Source: Auanema rhodensis
Taxonomy: Eukaryota; Animalia; Nematoda
Assembly (NCBI GenBank): GCA_964057225.1
Contig: OZ059894.1
Location: 22,072,001 to 22,136,000, forward strand
Length of the DNA: 64,000 nucleotides
Direction of reading: 5' to 3'
Every line of letters starts with the position of its first letter. Position 1 is the stretch's first letter. The translations under genes and the position numbers were made by a program. Under the pieces are notes generated by a model. The model was not told the origin of the DNA and ran no database searches. It saw nothing but the letters and a program-made list of their open reading frames with translations. This document shows, one piece after another, positions 44,201 through 57,225 of the stretch.

Positions 44201-46880
44201 CACTAATGCATCATTTTTCAAACGATCATAACTAATTTGTGTATTAAGCGTTTCTTGATGTAGTATAGTGCATTCGATGCGGATCTTTAAGCTGCGTCGA
44301 TCTGTGTTATCAGATTTGCGCTAGCTTAAAAATGCACCGAGATATCAACTGATATAAGTTCACACTTATATCCTCGATTTTCACCCTGAAGAATTAATTT
44401 TTTCGTTGAATAACATTGTCCATCGTCTTTGCCTTAAAAAATGGAATCTAAAAACATCTACTTTTTGCTAAATTATTTTGAAATTTTTCGAAAAAATTTT
44501 TGTCAAAATGTTTTTGGAAGCAATGTTGAGTGTACATGGAAACTCAACACACACTAATGCATCATTTTTCAAACGATCATAACTAATTTGTGTATTAAGC
44601 GTTTCTCAATGTAGTATAGTGCATTCGATGCGGATTTTTAAGCTGCGTCGATCTGTGTTATCAGATTTGCGCTAGCTTAAAAATGCACCGAGATATCAAC
44701 TGATATAAGTTCACACTTATATCCTCGATTTTCACCCTGAAGAATTAATTTTTTCGTTGAATAACATTGTCCATCGTCTTTGCCTTGAAAAAAGAAATCT
44801 AAAAACATCTACTTTTTGCTAAATTATTTTGAAATTTTTCGAAAAAATTTTTGTCAAAATGTTTTTGGAAGCAATGTTGAGTGTACATGGAAACTCAACA
44901 TACACTAATGCATCATTTTTCAAACGATCATAACTAATTTTTGTATTAAGCGTTTCTCAATGTAGTATAGTGCATTCGATGCGGATTTTTAAGCTGCGTC
45001 GATCTGTGTTATCAGATTTGCGCTAGCTTAAAAATGCACCGAGATATCAACTGATATAAGTTCACACTTATATCCTCGATTTTCACCCTGAAGAATTAAT
45101 TTTTTCGTTGAATAACATTGTCCATCGTCTTTGCCTTAAAAAAAGGAATCTAAAAACATCTACTTTTTGCTAAATTATTTTGAAATTTTTCGAAAAAATT
45201 TTTGTCAAAATGTTTTTGGAAGCAATGTTGAGTGTACATGGAAACTCAACATACACTAATGCATCATTTTTCAAACGATCATAACTAATTTGTGTATTAA
45301 GCGTTTCTTGATGTAGTATAGTGCATTCGATGCGGATTTTTAAGCTGCGTCGATCTGTGTTATCAGATTTGCGCTAGCTTAAAAATGCACCGAGATATCA
45401 ACTGATATAAGTTCACACTTATATCCTCGATTTTCACCCTGAAGAATTATTTTTTTCGTTGAATAACATTGTCCATCGTCTTTGCCTTAAAAAAAGGAAT
45501 CTAAAAACATCTACTTTTTGCTAAATTATTTTGAAATTTTTCGAAAAAATTTTTGTCAAAATGTTTTTGGAAGCAATGTTGAGTGTACATGGAAACTCAA
45601 CATACACTAATGCATCATTTTTCAAACGATCATAACTAATTTGTGTATTAAGCGTTTCTTGATGTAGTATAGTGCATTCGATGCGGATTTTTAAGCTGCG
45701 TCGATCTGTGTTATCAGATTTGCGCTAGCTTAAAAATGCACCGAGATATCAACTGATATAAGTTCACACTTATATCCTCGATTTTCACCCTGAAGAATTA
45801 ATTTTTTCGTTGAATAACATTGTCCATCGTCTTTGCCTTAAAAAATGGAATCTAAAAACATCTACTTTTTGCTAAATTATTTTGAAATTTTTCGAAAAAA
45901 TTTTTGTCAAAATGTTTTTGGAAGCAATGTTGAGTGTACATGGAAACTCAACATACACTAATGCATCATTTTTCAAACGATCATAACTAATTTGTGTATT
46001 AAGCGTTTCTTGATGTAGTATAGTGCATTCGATGCGGATCTTTAAGCTGCGTCGATCTGTGTTATCAGATTTGCGCTAGCTTAAAAATGCACCGAGATAT
46101 CAACTGATATAAGTTCACACTTATATCCTCGATTTTCACCCTGAAGAATTAATTTTTTCGTTGAATAACATTGTCCATCGTCTTTGCCTTAAAAAATGGA
46201 ATCTAAAAACATCTACTTTTTGCTAAATTATTTTGAAATTTTTCGAAAAAATTTTTGTCAAAATGTTTTTGGAAGCAATGTTGAGTGTACATGGAAACTC
46301 AACACACACTAATGCATCATTTTTCAAACGATCATAACTAATTTGTGTATTAAGCGTTTCTCAATGTAGTATAGTGCATTCGATGCGGATTTTTAAGCTG
46401 CGTCGATCTGTGTTATCAGATTTGCGCTAGCTTAAAAATGCACCGAGATATCAACTGATATAAGTTCACACTTATATCCTCGATTTTCACCCTGAAGAAT
46501 TAATTTTTTCGTTGAATAACATTGTCCATCGTCTTTGCCTTGAAAAAAGAAATCTAAAAACATCTACTTTTTGCTAAATTATTTTGAAATTTTTCGAAAA
46601 AATTTTTGTCAAAATGTTTTTGGAAGCAATGTTGAGTGTACATGGAAACTCAACATACACTAATGCATCATTTTTCAAACGATCATAACTAATTTTTGTA
46701 TTAAGCGTTTCTCAATGTAGTATAGTGCATTCGATGCGGATTTTTAAGCTGCGTCGATCTGTGTTATCAGATTTGCGCTAGCTTAAAAATGCACCGAGAT
46801 ATCAACTGATATAAGTTCACACTTATATCCTCGATTTTCACCCTGAAGAATTAATTTTTTCGTTGAATAACATTGTCCAT
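41270..46880. repeat. About three tandem copies of a 5-monomer (1755-bp) unit
   Basis: GAATTATTTTTTT at ~41940/43695/45450; AAAAGAAATC at ~41284/43039/44794/46549. Confidence 0.9.
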
Positions 46881-49800
46881 CGTCTTTGCCTTGAAAAATG
46901 AAATCTAAAAACATCTACTTTTTGCTAAATTATTTTGAAATTTTTCGAAAAAATTTTTGTCAAAATGTTTTTGGAAGCAATGTTGAGTGTACATGGAAAC
47001 TCAACATACACTAATGCATCATTTTTCAAACGATCATAACTAATTTGTGTATTAAGCATTTCTCAATGTAGTATAGTGCATTCGATGCGGATTTTTAAGC
47101 TGCGTCGATCTGTGTTATCAGATTTGCGCTAGCTTAAAAATGCACCGAGATATCAACTGATATAAGTTCACACTTATATCCTCGATTTTCACCCTGAAGA
47201 ATTAATTTTTTCGTTGAATAACATTGTCTATCGTCTTTGCCTTGGAAAATGGAATCTAAAAACATCTACTTTTTGCTAAATTATTTTGAAATTTTTCGAA
47301 AAAATTTTTGTCAAAATGTTTTTGGAAGCAATGTTGAGTGTACATGGAAACTCAACATACACTAATGCATCATTTTTCAAACGATCATAACTAATTTTTG
47401 TATCAAGCGTTTCTTGATGTAGTATAGTGCATTCGATGCGGATTTTTAAGCTGCGTCGATCTGTGTTATCAGATTTGCGCTAGCTTAAAAATGCACCGAG
47501 ATATCAACTGATATAAGTTCACACTTATATCCTCGATTTTCACCCTGAAGAATTAATTTTTTCGTTGAATAACATTGTCTATCGTCTTTGCCTTGGAAAA
47601 TGGAATCTAAAAACATCTACTTTTTGCTAAATTATTTTGAAATTTTTCGAAAAAATTTTTGTCAAAATGTTTTTGGAAGCAATGTTGAGTGTACATGGAA
47701 ACTCAACATACACTAATGCATCATTTTTCAAACGATCATAACTAATTTTTGTATCAAGCGTTTCTTGATGTAGTATAGTGCATTCGATGCGGATTTTTAA
47801 GCTGCGTCGATCTGTGTTATCAGATTTGCGCTAGCTTAAAAATGCACCGAGATATCAACTGATATAAGTTCACACTTATATCCTCGATTTTCACCCTGAA
47901 GAATTAATTTTTTCGTTGAATAACATTATCCATCTTCTTTGCCTTGAAAAAAGGAATCTAAAAACATCTACTTTTTGCTAAATTATTTTGAAATTTTTCG
48001 AAAAAATTTTTGTCAAAATGTTTTTGGAAGCAATGTTGAGTGTACATGGAAACTCAACATACACTAATGCATCATTTTTCAAACGATCATAACTAATTTT
48101 TGTATCAAGCGTTTCTTGATGTAGTATAGTGCATTCGATGCGGATTTTTAAGCTGCGTCGATCTGTGTTATCAGATTTGCGCTAGCTTAAAAATGCACCG
48201 AGATATCAACTGATATAAGTTCACACTTATATCCTCGATTTTCACCCTGAAGAATTAATTTTTTCGTTGAATAACATTGTCCATCTTCTTTGCCTTGAAA
48301 AAAGGAATCTAAAAACATCTACTTTTTGCTAAATTATTTTGAAATTTTTCGAAAAAATTTTTGTCAAAATGTTTTTGGAAGCAATGTTGAGTGTACATGG
48401 AAACTCAACATACACTAATGCATCATTTTTCAAACGATCATAACTAATTTTTGTATTAAGCGTTTCTCAATGTAGTATAAGGCATTCGATGCGGATTTTT
48501 AAGCTGCGTCGATCTGTGTTATCAGATTTGCGCTAGCTTGAAAATGCACCGAGATATCAACTGATATAAGTTGACACTTATATCCTCGATTTTCACCCTG
48601 AAGAATTAATTTTTTCGTTGAATAACATTGTCCATCGTCTTTGCCTTAAAAACAGGAATCTAAAAACATCTACTTTTTGCTAAATTATTTTGAAATTTTT
48701 CGAAAAAATTTTTGTCAAAATGTTTTTGGAAGCAATGTTGAGTGTACATGGAAACTCAACATACACTAATGCATCATTTTTCAAACGATCAAAACTAATT
48801 TTTGTATTAAGCGTTTCTCAATGTAGTATAGTGCATTCGATGCGGATTTTTAAGCTGCGTCGATCTGTGTTATCAGATTTGCGCTAGCTTAAAAATGCAC
48901 CGAGATATCAACTGATGTAAGTTCACACTTATATCCTCGATTTTCACCCTGAAGAATTAATTTTTTCGTTGAATAACATTGTCTATCGTCTTTGCCTTGA
49001 AAAATGGAATCTAAAAACATCTACTTTTTGCTAAATTATTTTGAAATTTTTCGAAAAAATTTTTGTCAAAATGTTTTTGGAAGCAATGTTGAGTGTACAT
49101 GGAAACTCAACATACACTAATGCATCATTTTTCAAACGATCATAACTAATTTTTGTATCAAGCGTTTCTTGATGTAGTATAGTGCATTCGATGCGGATTT
49201 TTAAGCTGCGTCGATCTGTGTTATCAGATTTGCGCTAGCTTAAAAATGCACCGAGATATCAACTGATATAAGTTCACACTTATATCCTCGATTTTCACCC
49301 TGAAGAATTAATTTTTTCGTTGAATAACATTGTCCATCGTCTTTGCCTTAAAAAAAGGAATCTAAAAACATCTACTTTTTGCTAAATTATTTTGAAATTT
49401 TTCGAAAAAATTTTTGTCAAAATGTTTTTGGAAGCAATGTTGAGTGTACATGGAAACTCAACATACACTAATGCATCATTTTTCAAACGAACATAACTAA
49501 TTTTTTTATCAAGCGTTTCTCAATGTAGTATAGTGCATTCGATGCGGATTTTTAAGCTGCGTCGATCTGTGTTATCAGATTTGCGCTAGCTTAAAAATGC
49601 ACCGAGATATCAACTGATGTAAGTTCACACTTATATCCTCGATTTTCACCCTGAAGAATTAATTTTTTCGTTGAATAACATTGTCTATCGTCTTTGCCTT
49701 GAAAAATGGAATCTAAAAACATCTACTTTTTGCTAAATTATTTTGAAATTTTTCGAAAAAATTTTTGTCAAAATGTTTTTGGAAGCAATGTTGAGTGTAC

Positions 49801-50929
49801 ATGGAAACTCAACATACACTAATGCATCATTTTTCAAACGATCATAACTAATTTTTGTATCAAGCGTTTCTTGATGTAGTATAGTGCATTCGATGCGGAT
49901 TTTTAAGCTGCGTCGATCTGTGTTATCAGATTTGCGCTAGCTTAAAAATGCACCGAGATATCAACTGATATAAGTTCACACTTATATCCTCGATTTTCAC
50001 CCTGAAGAATTAATTTTTTCGTTGAATAACATTGTCCATCGTCTTTGCCTTAAAAAAAGGAATCTAAAAACATCTACTTTTTGCTAAATTATTTTGAAAT
50101 TTTTCGAAAAAATTTTTGTCAAAATGTTTTTGGAAGCAATGTTGAGTGTACATGGAAACTCAACATACACTAATGCATCATTTTTCAAACGAACATAACT
50201 AATTTTTTTATCAAGCGTTTCTCAATGTAGTATAGTGCATTCGATGCGGATTTTTAAGCTGCGTCGATCTGTGTTATCAAATTTGCGCTAGCTTAAAAAT
50301 CCACCGAGATATCAACTGATATAAGTTCACACTTATATCCTCGATTTTCACCCTGAAGAATTAATTTTTTCGTTGAATAACATTGTCTATCGTCTTTGCC
50401 TTGAAAAATGGAATCTAAAAACATCTACTTTTTGCTAAATTATTTTGAAATTTTTCGAAAAAATTTTTGTCAAAATGTTTTTGGAAGCAATGTTGAGTGT
50501 ACATGGAAACTCAACATACACTAATGCATCATTTTTCAAACGATCAAAACTAATTTTTGTATTAAGCGTTTCTCAATGTAGTATAGTGCATTCGATGCGG
50601 ATTTTTAAGCTGCGTCGATCTGTGTTATCAGATTTGCGCTAGCTTAAAAATGCACCGAGATATCAACTGATGTAAGTTCACACTTATATCCTCGATTTTC
50701 ACCCTGAAGAATTAATTTTTTCGTTGAATAACATTGTCCATCTTCTTTGCCTTGAAAAAAGGAATCTAAAAACATCTACTTTTTGCTAAATTATTTTGAA
50801 ATTTTTCGAAAAAATTTTTGTCAAAATGTTTTTGGAAGCAATGTTGAGTGTACATGGAAACTCAACATACACTAATGCATCATTTTTCAAACGATCATAA
50901 CTAATTTTTGTATCAAACGTTTTTCAATG

Positions 50930-53900
50930 TAGTATAGTGCATTCAATGCGGATTTTTAAGCTGCGTCGATCTGTGTTATCAGATTTGCGCTAGCTTAAAA
51001 ATGCACCGAGATATCAACTGATATAAGTTCACACTTATATCCTCGATTTTCACCCTGAAGAATTAATTTTTTCGTTGAATAACATTGTCCATCGTCTTTG
51101 CCTTAAAAACAGGAATCTAAAAACATCTACTTTTTGCTAAATTATTTTGAAATTTTTCGAAAAAATTTTTGTCAAAATGTTTTTGGAAGCAATGTTGAGT
51201 GTACATGGAAACTCAACATACACTAATGCATCATTTTTCAAACGATCATAACTAATTTTTGTATTAAGCGTTTCTCAATGTAGTATAAGGCATTCGATGC
51301 GGATTTTTAAGCTGCGTCGATCTGTGTTATCAGATTTGCGCTAGCTTGAAAATGCACCGAGATATCAACTGATATAAGTTCACACTTATATCCTCGATTT
51401 TCACCCTGAAGAATTAATTTTTTCGTTGAATAACATTGTCCATCTTCTTTGCCTTGAAAAAAGGAATCTAAATACATCTACTTTTTGCTAAATTATTTTG
51501 AAATTTTTCGAAAAAATTTTTGTCAAAATGTTTTTGGAAGCAATGTTGAGTGTACATGGAAACTCAACATACACTAATGCATCATTTTTCAAACGATCAT
51601 AACTAATTTTTGTATCAAACGTTTTTCAATGTAGTATAGTGCATTCAATGCGGATTTTTAAGCTGCGTCGATCTGTGTTATCAGATTTGCGCTAGCTTAA
51701 AAATGCACCGAGATATCAACTGATATAAGTTCACACTTATATCCTCGATTTTCACCCTGAAGAATTAATTTTTTCGTTGAATAACATTGTCCATCGTCTT
51801 TGCCTTAAAAACAGGAATCTAAAAACATCTACTTTTTGCTAAATTATTTTGAAATTTTTCGAAAAAATTTTTGTCAAAATGTTTTTGGAAGCAATGTTGA
51901 GTGTACATGGAAACTCAACATACACTAATGCATCATTTTTCAAACGATCATAACTAATTTTTGTATTAAGCGTTTCTCAATGTAGTATAAGGCATTCGAT
52001 GCGGATTTTTAAGCTGCGTCGATCTGTGTTATCAGATTTGCGCTAGCTTGAAAATGCACCGAGATATCAACTGATATAAGTTCACACTTATATCCTCGAT
52101 TTTCACCCTGAAGAATTAATTTTTTCGTTGAATAACATTGTCCATCGTCTTTGCCTTAAAAAAAGGAATCTAAAAACATCTACTTTTTGCTAAATTATTT
52201 TGAAATTTTTCGAAAAACTTTTTGTCAAAATGTTTTTGGAAGCAATGTTGAGTGTACATGGAAACTCAACATACACTAATGCATCATTTTTCAAACGATC
52301 ATAACTAATTTTTGTATCAAGCGTTTCTTGATGTAGTATAGTGCATTCGATGCGGATTTTTAAGCTGCGTCGATCTGTGTTATCAGATTTGCGCTAGCTT
52401 AAAAATGCACCGAGATATCAACTGATATAAGTTCACACTTATATCCTCGATTTTCACCCTGAAGAATTAATTTTTTCGTTGAATAACATTGTCTATCGTC
52501 TTTGCCTTGAAAAATGGAATCTAAAAACATCTACTTTTTGCTAAATTATTTTGAAATTTTTCGAAAAAATTTTTGTCAAAATGTTTTTGGAAGCAATGTT
52601 GAGTGTACATGGAAACTCAACATACACTAATGCATCATTTTTCAAACGATCATAACTAATTTTTGTATTAAGCGTTTCTCAATGTAGTATAAGGCATTCG
52701 ATGCGGATTTTTAAGCTGCGTCGATCTGTGTTATCAGATTTGCGCTAGCTTGAAAATGCACCGAGATATCAACTGATATAAGTTCACACTTATATCCTCG
52801 ATTTTCACCCTGAAGAATTAATTTTTTCGTTGAATAACATTGTCCATCGTCTTTGCCTTAAAAAAAGGAATCTAAAAACATCTACTTTTTGCTAAATTAT
52901 TTTGAAATTTTTCGAAAAAATTTTTGTCAAAATGTTTTTGGAAGCAATGTTGAGTGTACATGGAAACTCAACATACACTAATGCATCATTTTTCAAACGA
53001 TCATAACTAATTTTTGTATTAAGCGTTTCTCAATGTAGTATAAGGCATTCGATGCGGATTTTTAAGCTGCGTCGATCTGTGTTATCAGATTTGCGCTAGC
53101 TTAAAAATGCACCGAGATATCAACTGATATAAGTTCACACTTATATCCTCGATTTTCACCCTGAAGAATTAATTTTTTCGTTGAATAACATTCTCCATCG
53201 TCTTTGCCTTAAAAAAAGGAATCTAAAAACATCTACTTTTTGCTAAATTATTTTGAAATTTTTCGAAAAAATTTTTGTCAAAATGTTTTTGGAAGCAATG
53301 TTGAGTGTACATGGAAACTCAACATACACTAATGCATCATTTTTCAAACGATCATAACTAATTTTTGTATCAAGCGTTTCTTGATGTAGTATAGTGCATT
53401 CGATGCGGATTTTTAAGCTGCGTCGATCTGTGTTATCAGATTTGCGCTAGCTTAAAAATGCACCGAGATATCAACTGATATAAGTTCACACTTATATCCT
53501 CGATTTTCACCCTGAAGAATTAATTTTTTCGTTGAATAACATTGTCTATCGTCTTTGCCTTGAAAAATGGAATCTAAAAACATCTACTTTTTGCTAAATT
53601 ATTTTGAAATTTTTCGAAAAAATTTTTGTCAAAATGTTTTTGGAAGCAATGTTGAGTGTACATGGAAACTCAACATACACTAATGCATCATTTTTCAAAC
53701 GATCATAACTAATTTTTGTATCAAGCGTTTCTTGATGTAGTATAGTGCATTCGATGCGGATTTTTAAGCTGCGTCGATCTGTGTTATCAGATTTGCGCTA
53801 GCTTAAAAATGCACCGAGATATCAACTGATATAAGTTCACACTTATATCCTCGATTTTCACCCTGAAGAATTAATTTTTTCGTTGAATAACATTGTCCAT

Positions 53901-56900
53901 CGTCTTTGCCTTAAAAAAAGGAATCTAAAAACATCTACTTTTTGCTAAATTATTCTGAAATTTTTCGAAAAAATTTTTGTCAAAATGTTTTTGGAAGCAA
54001 TGTTGAGTGTACATGGAAACTCAACATACACTAATGCATCATTTTTCAAACGATCATAACTAATTTTTGTATCAAGCGTTTCTTGATGTAGTATAGTGCA
54101 TTCAATGCGGATTTTTAAGCTGCGTCGATCTGTGTTATCAGATTTGCGCTAGCTTAAAAATGCACCGAGATATCAACTGATATAAGTTCACACTTATATC
54201 CTCGATTTTCACCCTGAAGAATTAATTTTTTCGTTGAATAACATTGTCCATCGTCTTTGCCTTAAAAACAGGAATCTAAAAACATCTACTTTTTGCTAAA
54301 TTATTTTGAAATTTTTCGAAAAAATTTTTGTCAAAATGTTTTTGGAAGCAATGTTGAGTGTACATGGAAACTCAACATACACTAATGCATCATTTTTCAA
54401 ACGATCATAACTAATTTTTGTATTAAGCGTTTCTCAATGTAGTATAAGGCATTCGATGCGGATTTTTAAGCTGCGTCGATCTGTGTTATCAGATTTGCGC
54501 TAGCTTGAAAATGCACCGAGATATCAACTGATATAAGTTCACACTTATATCCTCGATTTTCACCCTGAAGAATTAATTTTTTCGTTGAATAACATTGTCC
54601 ATCTTCTTTGCCTTGAAAAAAGGAATCTAAATACATCTACTTTTTGCTAAATTATTTTGAAATTTTTCGAAAAAATTTTTGTCAAAATGTTTTTGGAAGC
54701 AATGTTGAGTGTACATGGAAACTCAACATACACTAATGCATCATTTTTCAAACGATCATAACTAATTTTTGTATCAAACGTTTTTCAATGTAGTATAGTG
54801 CATTCAATGCGGATTTTTAAGCTGCGTCGATCTGTGTTATCAGATTTGCGCTAGCTTAAAAATGCACCGAGATATCAACTGATATAAGTTCACACTTATA
54901 TCCTCGATTTTCACCCTGAAGAATTAATTTTTTCGTTGAATAACATTGTCCATCGTCTTTGCCTTAAAAACAGGAATCTAAAAACATCTACTTTTTGCTA
55001 AATTATTTTGAAATTTTTCGAAAAAATTTTTGTCAAAATGTTTTTGGAAGCAATGTTGAGTGTACATGGAAACTCAACATACACTAATGCATCATTTTTC
55101 AAACGATCATAACTAATTTTTGTATTAAGCGTTTCTCAATGTAGTATAAGGCATTCGATGCGGATTTTTAAGCTGCGTCGATCTGTGTTATCAGATTTGC
55201 GCTAGCTTGAAAATGCACCGAGATATCAACTGATATAAGTTCACACTTATATCCTCGATTTTCACCCTGAAGAATTAATTTTTTCGTTGAATAACATTGT
55301 CCATCGTCTTTGCCTTAAAAAAAGGAATCTAAAAACATCTACTTTTTGCTAAATTATTTTGAAATTTTTCGAAAAACTTTTTGTCAAAATGTTTTTGGAA
55401 GCAATGTTGAGTGTACATGGAAACTCAACATACACTAATGCATCATTTTTCAAACGATCATAACTAATTTTTGTATCAAGCGTTTCTTGATGTAGTATAG
55501 TGCATTCGATGCGGATTTTTAAGCTGCGTCGATCTGTGTTATCAGATTTGCGCTAGCTTAAAAATGCACCGAGATATCAACTGATATAAGTTCACACTTA
55601 TATCCTCGATTTTCACCCTGAAGAATTAATTTTTTCGTTGAATAACATTGTCTATCGTCTTTGCCTTGAAAAATGGAATCTAAAAACATCTACTTTTTGC
55701 TAAATTATTTTGAAATTTTTCGAAAAAATTTTTGTCAAAATGTTTTTGGAAGCAATGTTGAGTGTACATGGAAACTCAACATACACTAATGCATCATTTT
55801 TCAAACGATCATAACTAATTTTTGTATTAAGCGTTTCTCAATGTAGTATAAGGCATTCGATGCGGATTTTTAAGCTGCGTCGATCTGTGTTATCAGATTT
55901 GCGCTAGCTTGAAAATGCACCGAGATATCAACTGATATAAGTTCACACTTATATCCTCGATTTTCACCCTGAAGAATTAATTTTTTCGTTGAATAACATT
56001 GTCCATCGTCTTTGCCTTAAAAAAAGGAATCTAAAAACATCTACTTTTTGCTAAATTATTTTGAAATTTTTCGAAAAAATTTTTGTCAAAATGTTTTTGG
56101 AAGCAATGTTGAGTGTACATGGAAACTCAACATACACTAATGCATCATTTTTCAAACGATCATAACTAATTTTTGTATTAAGCGTTTCTCAATGTAGTAT
56201 AAGGCATTCGATGCGGATTTTTAAGCTGCGTCGATCTGTGTTATCAGATTTGCGCTAGCTTAAAAATGCACCGAGATATCAACTGATATAAGTTCACACT
56301 TATATCCTCGATTTTCACCCTGAAGAATTAATTTTTTCGTTGAATAACATTCTCCATCGTCTTTGCCTTAAAAAAAGGAATCTAAAAACATCTACTTTTT
56401 GCTAAATTATTTTGAAATTTTTCGAAAAAATTTTTGTCAAAATGTTTTTGGAAGCAATGTTGAGTGTACATGGAAACTCAACATACACTAATGCATCATT
56501 TTTCAAACGATCATAACTAATTTTTGTATCAAGCGTTTCTTGATGTAGTATAGTGCATTCGATGCGGATTTTTAAGCTGCGTCGATCTGTGTTATCAGAT
56601 TTGCGCTAGCTTAAAAATGCACCGAGATATCAACTGATATAAGTTCACACTTATATCCTCGATTTTCACCCTGAAGAATTAATTTTTTCGTTGAATAACA
56701 TTGTCTATCGTCTTTGCCTTGAAAAATGGAATCTAAAAACATCTACTTTTTGCTAAATTATTTTGAAATTTTTCGAAAAAATTTTTGTCAAAATGTTTTT
56801 GGAAGCAATGTTGAGTGTACATGGAAACTCAACATACACTAATGCATCATTTTTCAAACGATCATAACTAATTTTTGTATCAAGCGTTTCTTGATGTAGT

Positions 56901-57225
56901 ATAGTGCATTCGATGCGGATTTTTAAGCTGCGTCGATCTGTGTTATCAGATTTGCGCTAGCTTAAAAATGCACCGAGATATCAACTGATATAAGTTCACA
57001 CTTATATCCTCGATTTTCACCCTGAAGAATTAATTTTTTCGTTGAATAACATTGTCCATCGTCTTTGCCTTAAAAAAAGGAATCTAAAAACATCTACTTT
57101 TTGCTAAATTATTCTGAAATTTTTCGAAAAAATTTTTGTCAAAATGTTTTTGGAAGCAATGTTGAGTGTACATGGAAACTCAACATACACTAATGCATCA
57201 TTTTTCAAACGATCATAACTAATTT
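50930..57225. repeat. Two tandem copies of a 9-monomer (3159-bp) unit
   Basis: Private markers CTAAATACATC at ~51473/54632, AAAAACTTTT at ~52218/55377 and ATTCTCCATC at ~53193/56352. Confidence 0.92.

Noticed and set aside
50240-50305. G192C variant extending hairpin 2 to 13 bp, as evidence of structural selection
   Set aside because: A single occurrence, and the same monomer has G171A weakening the inner stem; not covariation.
14727-50642. 65-aa plus-strand ORF (four copies)
   Set aside because: Created by the single T87A variant (GATCAAAAC) removing a TAA. Useful only as a duplication marker.
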